Assembly: GCA_000934665.2 (NCBI GenBank)
Contig: KZ538189.1
Coordinates: 62,001-105,504, forward strand
DNA length: 43,504 nucleotides
Direction of reading: 5' to 3'
Origin: Catajapyx aquilonaris
Taxonomy: Eukaryota
The notes beneath the pieces are model-generated. The model did not search any database and was not told the origin of the DNA. It saw only the letters and a list, made by a program, of their open reading frames with translations. Made by a program: the position numbers and the translations under genes. Below are positions 23,142 to 35,451 of the stretch, one piece after another (within the stretch, counting starts at the first letter, position 1; each line of letters begins with the position of its first letter).

Positions 23142-26100
23142 ACGGCTTGTATACAAACAACGTAATTATATACTCCGGGTCAACCGTAATTTTGATGGCC
23201 TTCAGCTAATTATCGGTAAAAGTCTTGTGCTTCCAAACCCATATACCTTCTTTTCACACTGCTAATTTGAACGGTAAGAGCAGGGCTAATTACATTAATG
23301 CTAACAAACAGGGTTTTCTCTTCCGCGTCTCCCGCCAACGGGATTTGTCAGAATCGGTTAAGCGGAATCCTCTGGCCTTCGTTGATGGTCCTCCAGCGAG
23401 TAAATCACAACCCGCGCCCGCAAGAAAAAGGCTTGGCAGCTACCTTTCACAACCAATTTAACACCCGAGTTTTATTCGAGCACACACGCTTTCTAAAATC
23501 ATGTGCACAGGCAGAGTCCTACACGATTAATTACACACACATGTGCTCCATTGTTGCAACATCGAGCCGATAGAAAGGTTGGGGGGAAGCAATATTACCT
23601 CGGTGTAGATAATAACCTGGAACTACCTAGGGAATTTCTAAGGCAATAAAGCTACTCCCCGTGCGAGGCAAAACTTTTCGGACACTTTTTGCTTGGCTGC
23701 AGGGAAATACGTTAAAACCAGGCCCACAGAGTCTCTCAATATAACGGCCCAAGCGAGGGTTCTCTTATCGCTCGAAAAACTTGGGGAATACTGTCGCTCT
23801 AATTTTCCGGAACAGATTTGACTCCAGGAAGATTGAGGCCATCAAGCGCTCTGTTCTATATGCTGGAAGAGAAGGGGGGGAAAAAATAGAACAAATTGCT
23901 ACCTGCTACAGTCCATTTTGGTACAGCGATTATTATAGTGTTTGGCAAATCGCGTACGTCACAATCGGTTTCAAGGTCAACTCGTTCGTCTCGCAAAAGT
24001 CAACATTCGTCTTTTGTTTTATTTTTCCAGCCCCAGTTGCAAGAAAAACGGCTCGACACCGACATTACAGGATATAATGACGTTAGCAGTTCGTGTCACA
24101 GCCCTCGACGAAAACAGTTGTACGACGTCGGTCGCCAGCAGCAAAAATGTTTCCAACAAGTTTCCCACAACTTTTTTTTTTAAACCCCCGGGAGAGTAGA
24201 AATTACGTATCTTCTCAGCTGTTTGAGCACATGTGGTTTCCTTTCATTTCTGCAGGGGATATAATGTTGTTATGGGATGGGTGAACAAGCTGTGCCATCT
24301 GGACCAGTTCTCCAGGAGTTTGCCCCCTCCACCCCACCCACAAAAAAGAGACTGTTGTACGCCACAGAAGTTTGTGCAACTTGGGTTTAACTGCGTCTGA
24401 AAAGCAAGGATGTACGCCACCACACTGCGAAATCCAATCACATTAGGCGGAATTACAGGCACTTCCGGTAATGCGTGACGCTGACGACAATTAGTGCTAG
24501 ATCCAGGTGGCTGGGGTGCATCGTCATCAATAGACGACGTAATTAGTCATTGGCAATAATAGGATCAGCCACGCTGAAGATAAAACGCGGGGCCACCTTT
24601 TTTTTGGGGGGGGGGGGGTAATTAACAAGTAATTCAAAGCTAGTTTGTATTTTCCAATGGATGTGCAATGGATCGCATGAAAGTAACCACTTTTGCAATT
24701 ATTACGCACACACTGTTAACTGTATGAAGGCATTACTTGCATTATTTCGGCACGGTACACATGTTTACACTTAAAATTAATAGGCCTTTGTACAGTACAA
24801 GTTGCATGCTAAGCCGCAAGATAAGAGTAAGCAAGCAGAGACTAGTTTGCATAATAATTTGTGGACAGTACTTCGCTGCAAAAAAACATCAAATCTTTTG
24901 CACTAAGCCCGAGCAATAAACACTTACAGCCGTCTTAGAACTAATTGAGACTCGATCGTCCGGAATTTACAACACAATCCCCGCACTTATTTAAAGAACC
25001 TCTGCTGTTTACGCAAATTTCAATCCAGCTTGGAAGAAAAATAAACTCAAGTCGGTCTCAAGTATATATGGAAACGAAAAAAAAAAGTACCTTAGAAATA
25101 TATCCACGCTCTCCACTTAGCTCTATTCATCCCCAGAGGTCACGACGAATGACTTATATAGTCAAGAGGTGCTGCTGACTTCAGAGCTTGAATTCATATA
25201 AGGATATAGGGTGTGTACCTCCAGGGGATATAACCTGCAAAGGTAGGTATAATGTGGATGATGTCCAAAAAGTCGCCTGCAGCAGACGTGGTCGTAAAAA
25301 CCCTCTCCTTCCGCAGCAAAACCATCAGATTCCATATCGATTGCGGCCACATCCATCTTCGTCGAGGTCAATCCAGAAGAAGTGGACTTTGGGATAAAAT
25401 TACCACCACCTCTTGAGAATATTCTCCTTAAGACGGCCCAGTTTTTTTTTTGTCAACAAAAATTTAGCAGCTCGGTAACACTTTTTTTTCTGCTCGAAGA
25501 AAACTACACCTCCGGGCCTTTTTTCCTCGCGGTTTCCATTAACATGAGCTTGATGAAGGGATTATTTCTAAAATTGCCTCCCACTTGTAATTTCCTTTAC
25601 AAATGCCTCCCATCCTCAAAAGATAGGATGGTCCAACTTCTATATGAGCCACAATGATCTGAACCATCCTGTAGCTGTAACGCAAACCTCTGGTTTTTCC
25701 TTTAACAATGTTGAGCAGAACTGTTTCCAAAAGCAATCAACGCCAAGTTAACTCCCAGGCAACGTTTACTATGGAAGCCGCGTCAAATTACACCTTGTAC
25801 AGTACTCTCATCGAATAGTTTTAAGGCGGAAACCAGGGCAGGCAAGGACTATAAACCCGATCCCCAATTGCTTTTCTCCTAAACGAGGGCTCGTCATAGA
25901 CCTAATTCCGAGATGTCGAGTTTCCTTTGCCCCCACGGATTACTGTGACTCTTTCGGGGGGGTATCTCCTCCGCAAAACAACTTCAACGTGAGAAGAAAG
26001 GAAAAAAGAAAATAACAAATTTAGGATTTTCTGCAGCGATTAGGTCCTCCTCGAATGGGGTTCTCAATTCTTAATTCCCGACCGGATTCCTTGAAAACCC

Positions 26101-29100
26101 GGGTCGTTATTTTCCGTTAGCTCTGGTACTATGGAAGGAGACAGCACCAAATCAATTGCAGGGCATTAAATAGCATTAACTGCAATTGCCTATTGCCTGA
26201 TGGTGGACCCCCTCCAAATGAAGTGGCACTATCCAGGCGCGACGTGAAATGAAAGTCCCAACACAATTTAAATTGCAAATTTCTGCACCTTCATTAGTTG
26301 GTTGGAAAGGCTAAGACAAATCGCAAGCACTGTTGTGTGGCAAATGACTGCAATTATATGCTGCTCATGCCACTTACACTCCTGCTGGCGACTGCTTGCA
26401 TTTTGGATGCATATTTCATTACGCTCAATTCAATTGCGACCCCTTCCATTTAGGGGAGGTGACAAGTGCCCTTCAGCGACGCACTGTCAGTGTTTAATTT
26501 ATGCTGGTACGCTCTAAGTCAACAAAAAATTCATTTAAAAAGTATGTCACGAAATTCTTGCTTCTGATGCACCACAGCCTCAAGTCGTTCGCCAAAAGCT
26601 AATAGCCGGTAATTCTGTTAGCGAATGCTTTCCAACTTGGGAACTCCTCTTCGAAACCGCAAATTTGGGGGAGGAATAAGGAAGATATTATTCTCTGAGT
26701 TTGCAGCAGAAGGGGCTACGCTCCAGATGAGGAAGTTTCAACCCGGTACGAAATGATTCTCAGAGAGAATTGCTGGGGGAGAAAACCGGAGTTTATATAC
26801 CTCCAAGGTACCAGCATCTATAATGAAACAGTAGGCGAATATCGGCGGTGAGGATAAGTGCAAATTACGTGCCTTTGTCAATCCATCGGCTCAGTCATCA
26901 CCTTTCGAAGGAGCTTCAAAAAAAATAAGAAGTTCAGCAGAGTCCCCATCGGGCTATATATTATGTGCGCAGTAATTCGTTTTGCATGCGAAAGCAGCAT
27001 GAGGAATACAAATGGTCTCTTTCCGGAGACTGAAACGTCAGCTTAAATAAGTAGGATTTATTGCTCTCGGCCTGATGAACGTCATGAGTCTTTAAGCAAA
27101 ACTTTTTTTTTGAAGACTTCTGCGTACATGCAACAATGTTCTATCTGCAATGATTTAAAAATTGAGGTTCATGTCCAGTGCTCTGAAAAGGCTTAGGACC
27201 TGAGCAGCAATTAATGGATTCTCCAGCGACTGGACAAATCCTTGGTACAGTGGAATACTGCAATCTCTCCATTGGGATTTTTTTTTCCATCCCACAGTAC
27301 CTCCAATACTGAAACTGGAGTGCAATTTTTCACACTTTAATCTCGCCTCCGTTGTTTCCCTTCATTTTTCAAGGCGCTGCTACTAGGCATTTATTATCCT
27401 CGCAGGAAATAACCCGGAGATACTTCCGTTTCTTTTTGTGCATCAGCATTGCAAAATAGGACTAATGCACCGCGAGCAGGGATCCGAACTATATGCCCAG
27501 CAGTCCAGAATATTTTTTGGAGGGGGTCAATTTCAGCTGCTTCTTCCAAAATTTTGATCAATTGTCGCGAATTCTCGCGATATTCTCGAAGTCATTGGTA
27601 ACTTGTGATCGGACGGTAAATGTATCGGTTTTCTAATTAGTATCGTATGAACTCAGGTGGTGAGGCTTCTAATTAAAGGGTATACGGATATGGTTTCCTG
27701 AGGTAATTGAAGCATTGTACGTAACGATCCCTCACTCACTCTTTCTCCGGTGGAATGAGCCTCGCTTTTGTCTGCGGGGTTCCGTTTGAGCGAAGTCGGC
27801 GCCTGTGACCCAACTAGTACAGGCGCCGTCTGACGAATTACAACAGTGGTTGCCGACTTCCAAAGTGGTCGTTCATGTCTTGAAGACACGCCGCGATTAA
27901 TGAAACGGAGGAAGGATTGCCCACAAAGGGTGTACGATTCGACCAACATTCGGTGAAAATTTAACAGTCGACAAACTGTCTCCGGGTATAACATGAAAGA
28001 CTTGAAATGCAATCTTGTTCCGTTCTGCATGTAACTTAATACCAATTACACAAGATTTCAGAAGCGCTTTGTTCAACTAACAAGCATATACATTTTTTAA
28101 TGTGCAGTATGCGCTTTCTGCCCTCCAGTAAATTCGAGTGCTTGTTGCCGAACCTGTAAACGTAAAGCACTTTAAAATACATCAGCAATATATTGAATTA
28201 CCGAGCAACAAGCATTCTGTACAGAGTGAGTCATAATTATTGCAGGTCGGGTTGCTTCTCTTTAAACTGCTTGCAATGGTGAACAAACCACAACTTGAAG
28301 TCTACAGTACTGGGGACTCGGTCACTAACTCACATTATACCACATAACAGCAGTTACAACAAGTATTGCATTACCGCAGCATCAAGAATTAGGCAATGTC
28401 TATAACACATGTAACTGAACACTAAGTATTTGCCCTTCAGCCGTCATCATTTTAAAGCTGTACAGAGCGAGTAAATGTATGGCCTGAGAGAAAAAATAGC
28501 TTGACTGTTGTACTTGTCAACACTCAATTAGCATTTGCTTTTAGCAAACTGGAACTGTAATTAAAGTTAAATTTTCACAAGCCGCGTTATTCCAGGCTCA
28601 AGTAATCTGATTTGACAAGCAGTAAAACACCAATCACAACTGTCACTTTAGCAAGTGTATAATAATGGGCAATTAGTTGCGACTATAGAGACAGCTGGAG
28701 CGACAGATCCCGCTGGAAAAAATTTCGATTAAATTTTATCAAAACGCGATTAAATGAAATCCGTGGATTTATTTTATGCACCATTTGTACAGTATATACT
28801 CACCTTATGCTACTAATAGACAGTGTTATTTTTACACTATTAATTCAATACGAGCGCTGGAATACATTTCGTAACTAGTGAACAGGTCCAAAATAATACT
28901 TGTTATACTACATATTACATAACAATTGTACATAATAATAAAAATGTAAGTAGCTGTATTTTCTCACAATTATTTAGAGCTACAGGATTTTATGGAAATT
29001 CGAAAATAATTTCATGAACAACTCTGATCCATCTGACATGAAAAGCATTTGGAAGAAGATCCGACACTATACAAATTACGGTTATTTTTTCCTTTGTTTC

Positions 29101-30190
29101 AGTGCTGCAAATGCTCTGAAAAATTAATTCATGCCACTTGTCAGCATTTGAAGCTCGCCCTTTTAATTACAGCTGTTTGCATGTCCAACAGCAAACTGAT
29201 TAGTAGTCAAAATCCAAAATTAAAAAAATTGCTGCGAACGACATAACCCATGCATCTTCACCATGCAATATTTCCATGCAAAACTCTCGGGACAATGTTT
29301 GCTAAATGAGCACCGACTAATCTAGCCATCGAGACACACCCTGTACCCGCAATACACCTCGGCTCATTTCCCTGGGCCTTCTCCAGGACCATTTTATGCA
29401 TCCTCTGTCAGACTGCTTTACGGCCACGAAAAATTACGTCTCTCCGCATCAACACCTCTGGGTTATATTTCCTCCTCTTCCCAGAGGGCCATCTTTGTGT
29501 CTCAAATGTCCCCTTCCATTTCCCTCCTTATTCCTGCCAAGGTTCTCATACTTTTTTACTTCATATACCAGCATGCAAAGTAGAAAAAAATTCATACGTC
29601 GCTTACTGTATATACGAGACTTCACACCATCTCCTAAGTATATGGAAAAGACTTAATTTCGTACCTGCGGAGAACCCCAGCAAGACTTTCAAATTGAAAA
29701 TCTATAGTCAAACAAGTTCCAATTAGTGCTGAAGACAAGGTAAATTTCTAAAATGCCGAAGCAGATTGGATGCGGTCTGATATAAGGTCGAGTAAGGAGC
29801 TCCCAGAGCCTGATTAGAGAAATTGGAGTAGCTTCTATATTCGGGTCCTATTTGTCAAGCCATGTCAGGCATGTCGATAAAATCGGTTTGGAGAAGCAAC
29901 AGGGTTGAAACCGAGCATTTGCTAGTTGCTACTCTCTATATAGGTGGCCTTGCCCTCTCCTGATGTGACATGTCAAAAAACGATTGGAAACCACCGTACC
30001 GGAAATAAGATGGGACACTGTACTTGATGTGATGCAATGTAACTATAGGAAGAATGTTTCTTACACTAAAACTAGTACACGCTCGTATGTTTTGTGACGG
30101 ATTATTTTTTTCTCTCTTTCATGCAAAAACCGCGTTAACAATCTGAATTGCAAATATGTACACGTCAGATTTATTGGTTTCCCCCTATGC

Positions 30191-30212
30191 GTACTGTACA
30201 CTTGTACAGTAC
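30191..30212. repeat. Short perfect hairpin (10-bp stem, 2-nt centre)
   Basis: gtactgtaca-ct-tgtacagtac. Confidence 0.6.
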
Positions 30213-33200
30213 AGCGGCACTATTTTTTTTTCATGGAATGATTTTCTTGCTCGGGACCAGGGTGCGATATCTGTACTGAGAGACCTGACCGTATATGCGT
30301 CGTCACGGTTGGAAACTCAGCCTATTAATATTTCTGGTTGGAAATGAAGATCCTGTGAGTCGCCACCTTAGCAAACATTCTAAAGTCAAGAACGGCACAG
30401 AAATCTGCAGTTATACTCGAGTAAATTTTGAAAATTGCTACTTATCCCGGGTTTTCAACAATGAAGGCTTTTTCACTCCCGGGGGGGAAAACAGTTCAAT
30501 CCAATGGATGGGGGAATGGCGATTTTCTGGGTCAATTTTGTGTGCGGCTTCCTCCCTTGCCCTGAACTCCCGGGCCAATAATAGATGCAATCACGTGGAA
30601 ATGTTCGTCGGGTCTGTGTACCCTCCAAAATCGGGTTCCGCGTTGTTTTGATGGTGGACAGCACATGGGGGGGGGGGGGGTCAAAGGCCATCGCCACACT
30701 AGCCGATAATGGCTTGTGTCGTATACACAGAAAAGTGCATCAGGATACCTTTTTTTTTTTAATTTAACGGGGGGCTAAAAATATGGATAACGCCCGCCAT
30801 CAATCCCTCTTCGCATCTGAGTGCCGTTTTAAAAGTCCACTTTACGCCTGTTATTGCAGCAATCAAGGGCAGTGATAGTTAATTCTCACGTGCTTTTACA
30901 TGCGATGGAGAAAAAAAATTTGACAAAGCTGTACAGGAAATTCTGTAATAACTTCTCATTAACACTAATGGCAAACAGCAGCGAATGTAAACCTAGCCAA
31001 AAAAAAAAATCATCCCTGCTGGTAATATTGGCAAAGGTTAGGAACCACTTGATAAAAAAAGCCCATGACGTACTTTGGATTTATAAAAATAATCTTAGTG
31101 TACTAAACACCCACTGCTACACACGTAAGGTGCATGAGGACTTTCCCTGCATCAATTAAACCCCTTCCCAGCTGATTCGCGAGTCTAACCTTGAACATTG
31201 ATTCCCGCATTATGTAATTCAATATATGTGTTTGGCCAAGCCAACGCCTATATACATGTAGAATGAACTTGCTCCCTGCTAATATGCGGTTTTAAATTTA
31301 GGCTTGGCAATGAAACATTGACCCAATCAGGTATAGGTCCGATGACCGATGGAAATCAATGCAGATGATTCAATTATTGGGGCGTTTTCCAACGGAATAA
31401 ATCCCTCCCAAAAATTATTGTTCCGCACCGGAAAAAGCTGGCTGCAAATTTTTGCGCTCAAATTGCGGTTGACTTCTTAAAATCGGAAAACTGCCTGGTG
31501 CCAGCTCCGAATTAAAGCCAAAAAAAAAATCGTTAAATGACATCAAGTTCTTGGCAGTTACGAAATCCAACACGACCGCAATAATCCGCGGCTAAAATTT
31601 CTGGCCGGCAAGCTGCCAGTGATTTGTCTCAGCTATATGACGTCCTTGGCCGCCAAAAGTCAAGGTGTCAAACCCTGCCAGCACGTCCGACCTGATATTA
31701 ATCATCGCCCCCCCCCCCCCACAGTATTATATGACCCACTTCCCGAAAAAAAAAAACTTTCAATGAAAGGGTCAGCGACCTGTCAATATGAAGGCTGGGC
31801 CGTCATGACCTATACGTGATGCTGCATTTCTGATGACCTCTCAAGTGCAGTGCCATCACGTATCGGTTTCCGCCAACTGACAATGGTTTTACCTTGAGTG
31901 TCAATTAGCAGAACGTCAAATGCCCTTCTGGAAATATCCAGCATGACTCAAGACAATGCGGAATTAGTCAGTCAATGCTTGTAACCGAATCCGTACACCG
32001 TACTGAATTTTCAGGCGAAAAAAAATCCTGAACCGCAATCTGAATATTGCTCTCTAAGCAATTCCTTTGCATCAAATCAATCCACAAACATTCCAAAGGG
32101 GGAAAAAACCCCACAAAAGAAAGTTTCTTGTGTCAGTCAAGACCCGCATCTATCCAACCAAGCCCCTATAATACCACTCAGAGAGAGAAAATTCAAGGGC
32201 TCTGGAAATAAACCAGCAGCGTTGGGGACGGAAATCGCGCTGACATGACAGAACAGTCACCAAATTAGGCCAACATCACCCGCAAAAAAAAAGGTTCGCT
32301 AATCCAGCAGCCCTTTTCTGTTTTCCAAACGAGCCGGACCCAACCGCCCAAAAAAAGCCACACGATTGATATTTTCCCAGCACCCCTTACATTGCATCCA
32401 TGTCATTCATAATAAATGCAATATTTCCCTCCAAAATGTTTTGTGACCACAACACCGGTCTGATAATGAAGCCAGATCGATGACACATTCACAGAAAAAA
32501 AAATGGTGTCCTGAACAGCAACGGTCATGAATTAATGATGTCCACTTTAACACATTTGGAGAACCAGAAAACGAACAAATAACTGCCTCTTTTATAGACA
32601 CATCAAAATTTCAGCTGCTTCGAAACTTGTTGCATAAACGAGATGAGAAGAAAAAAAATGTGTTACGAGGTCATATTATTCGATTCGGCATCGATTGATC
32701 AACAACCATAAACGACCCGCGGGATTGATTTGCGAGTCACTCCAACACTTCTTACGTAACGGGTCACCTTTTAAACAAATTTTTTCCGACCGGAATTTAA
32801 CTATAGTTGAGTCTGACTGACGTGATCGAGTGAAACCTTTTGTTTCATTATTCAAGTCAGTACATACGCCCATCGTTTTTTTAAATCCTACACATCCGGG
32901 AGGATCAGCGGGTTTTTGAAGCAAGTGCATCTGTGTATTTACAGGAGTACTGTACAAGTATGTATGTGATGTCGAGATGGCTTTGATCGACAAGGAATTG
33001 TTTCGTATAGGATCCGATTACCCAATCACAGGAGATTGACCCTGCTGTCACTTGCAATTGCGTGTCACACTAGTTGCTCAATCCGAACAATAATTGAGAC
33101 AACTTTCAGCATGACATTATATTGAAACGTATCGAATATTTTCTAGGTGGCGCAGCTGAATTGTAATGCAGATACTTTTGCTCCATCGGGAGCCATTTTT

Positions 33201-33753
33201 GTCACAAAATTCAGGCTTGTTGGTTCTATCCCATTTGTTTAGCCCAGCAAAAAGGTAACGATTTAGGAAATATCTGGTTCGTGCCTGACATGGCAAAATA
33301 TTATTGGGAGAGAAAACCCGCCCTCCCTGTGGACTCAATATGGACTTTTTGGCACTCTCTGCCTGGATATAACTTATCCCCCTCAAAAAAATGGTCGGGA
33401 ATGAACATTAATAAAATGAATATATGTGAAAGGCGTGATGTGATTTTTTTTACGCGAATTTTCCAACCGATCCTGGCCCTTTCCGTCCGTGTAAAACTGG
33501 ACGATTTCGATCGCACGCGGCCTCCAGTTTCAATTTACACAGCGTATTAGTAAACCTAAACTCATGCGGAGATGGTATTTAAAAAAAAAAAAAGTCGCCA
33601 TACACACAACCCGCAATCGATTTGCATGTGGGAGACCAGTCATCATTGGAGGGTGAAAAACACACGGAGACTGTTGGGCATAGGTGCAGTGTCGTTTTAG
33701 TGTGGTCGGACAAGAGCGTTTTGTTGCATATAGGACCCGCCTGTTGGGGAGTG

Positions 33754-33761
33754 TGACGTCA
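33754..33761. promoter_or_regulatory. Palindromic CRE (extended GTGACGTCAC) ~140 bp upstream of the 5-HT7 start codon
   Basis: Exact consensus match close to the CDS; function inferred. Confidence 0.35.
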
Positions 33762-33793
33762 CAGGCAGGCGGTGCTGCTCTTCTCTCATATAG

Positions 33794-33897
33794 TCCTGCG
33801 TCGATCGGGAGGCTTTCCCAGTCGACCACGGGACCGCGGGAGGATACGAGCCAGCTGCAGAAGGAGTGAGTGACCATGGTGACCTGACACCGGCAGG
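33794..33897 (+). other. Probable 5' UTR part of the 5-HT7 coding exon
   Basis: Acceptor-like gctgctcttctctcatatag| ends at 33793. Transcription could instead start locally. Confidence 0.4.
33876..33887 (+). promoter_or_regulatory. Minimal upstream ORF (Met-Val-Thr-stop) in the 5-HT7 leader
   Basis: gaccATGGTGACCTGA has Kozak context ACCATGG; its stop ends 10 nt before the main ATG. Confidence 0.6.
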
Positions 33898-35451
33898 ATG
33901 GGCACCGTCATGTGGCCGGATGAGGACGTGAGCAGCACCGTGTTCGTACCCACAAGCAGCACAGCCAACTACACGGTCCAAGTGTCGCCTGATCCGCCCG
34001 AACACGTCTACCCGTTCAAACCATGGGAGGCGGTGGTGATCGCGGTCATACTCTTAGGCTTCGTGGTCGGAACGGTGGTCGGAAACATTCTGGTGTGCGT
34101 GGCCGTGTGTCTTGTGAGGAAGCTTCGGAGGCCGTGCAACTACCTCCTAGTGTCACTGGCGGTGTCGGACCTGTGCGTGGCCACTCTAGTGATGCCGATG
34201 GCACTGGTGAACGAGGTCGTTGGAGAGTGGAGGTTCGGACCGGTCATGTGCGACGTTTGGGTGTCCTTCGATGTCCTGAGCTGCACGGCCAGCATCCTCA
34301 ACCTGTGCATGATCAGCGTGGACCGGTACTACGCCATCACCAAACCGCTGGAGTACGGCGTGAAGCGCACCCCTCGTCGGATGATCATCTGCGTGTCCAT
34401 AGTGTGGTTGAGCGCCGCCTGCATCAGCGTCCCTCCCTTGCTGATCATGGGCAACGAGCACGGTACCGGCCGCGACTGCATCGTCTGCCAGAACTTTTGG
34501 TACCAGATCTACGCCACTTTAGGCTCATTCTACATCCCGATGGCCGTCATGATCACAGTGTACTACAAGATCTTCAAAGCTGCCAAGCGAATCGTGGGTG
34601 AGGAAAAGCGGGCTCAGGCGCACTTTAACAAGCTGAGGGCGAAAGAGGCAGAGTTGGGATCGCCCGAGAAAGTGTACGCGGTGACTGAGATCGGTCGAAA
34701 TGGTACAGCGGCCGAGACAAAGACAATGGTGCAAAACAGCCACTACCCTCGCAAGTGGCTGGACTCGTACGAGAACAACCACCGGAAGGACTCAAAGTGC
34801 GCCCTGACCTCCGCGGCCGCGGCGGTGGCTGCGGTCAGCGGAGATGCGGATGTCCACAAGAACCGGAAGTCGCCAATGTCCAGGTCCAAACTCCGGTTCG
34901 TGCTGGCCAAAGAGAGGAAGGCGTCGACCACACTGGGCATCATCATGAGCGCTTTCACCGTCTGCTGGCTGCCCTTCTTCGTGCTGGCTCTGGTCCGACC
35001 TTTCATCTCAGACCCAGAGGCCATCCCGCACTCGCTATCCAGCCTCTTCCTGTGGCTCGGATACGCCAACAGCCTCTTAAACCCAATCATATACGCCACC
35101 TTAAACAAGGACTTCCGGAAGCCATTCCGGGAGATCCTCTGCTTCCGGTGCAACTCCTTGAACGTCATGATGCGAGAGGAGTTCTACCACTCTCATTACG
35201 GGGATCCGGATTCCTTGCAGCAGCCGGCGCCGGTACACCTCAACGCCGTACCGGTCAGGCAACGTGTATCTAACGAGGCCAGCAAGCCGCCTCCGGATGT
35301 GGTCCGGGCGGACGAGGCCAACCCGACGCCTCCGGATTGTATCCAGCAGTCATTCAGCCTGAACCTCCCGGACAAGCTGCATCACTCGCGACAACAGGAC
35401 AACAACTGTCCCACCACGCTCTGCGGACCACAGAGGGAGTCCTTCCTTTAA
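33898..35451 (+). CDS. 5-HT7: Serotonin receptor 5-HT7 (class A aminergic GPCR), 517 aa, intronless CDS
   Basis: Seven hydrophobic segments with GN (TM1), LAVSD (TM2), the amine-binding Asp in SFDVLSCTASILNL, DRY, FYIP (TM5), CWLPFF (TM6) and NPIIY (TM7). Arthropod 5-HT7 hallmarks VRKLRRPCNYLLVSLA, KPLEYGVKRTPRRM and KERKASTTLGIIM are present, as are a C-terminal ESFL PDZ-type motif and an N-terminal NYT sequon. Confidence 0.95.
   Translation: MGTVMWPDEDVSSTVFVPTSSTANYTVQVSPDPPEHVYPFKPWEAVVIAVILLGFVVGTVVGNILVCVAVCLVRKLRRPCNYLLVSLAVSDLCVATLVMPMALVNEVVGEWRFGPVMCDVWVSFDVLSCTASILNLCMISVDRYYAITKPLEYGVKRTPRRMIICVSIVWLSAACISVPPLLIMGNEHGTGRDCIVCQNFWYQIYATLGSFYIPMAVMITVYYKIFKAAKRIVGEEKRAQAHFNKLRAKEAELGSPEKVYAVTEIGRNGTAAETKTMVQNSHYPRKWLDSYENNHRKDSKCALTSAAAAVAAVSGDADVHKNRKSPMSRSKLRFVLAKERKASTTLGIIMSAFTVCWLPFFVLALVRPFISDPEAIPHSLSSLFLWLGYANSLLNPIIYATLNKDFRKPFREILCFRCNSLNVMMREEFYHSHYGDPDSLQQPAPVHLNAVPVRQRVSNEASKPPPDVVRADEANPTPPDCIQQSFSLNLPDKLHHSRQQDNNCPTTLCGPQRESFL

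Noticed and set aside
8004..33550. Many 60-160 aa intergenic or intronic ORFs (e.g. 8449-8931, 14591-15037, 22756-23160, 25162-25371, 27653-28045)
   Set aside because: No recognisable motifs, many non-ATG starts, and composition driven by homopolymer runs; consistent with chance ORFs.
34023..35273. Overlapping alternative-frame and antisense ORFs within 5-HT7 (192, 172 and 141 aa)
   Set aside because: Expected by-products of a GC3-rich coding sequence; no recognisable domains.
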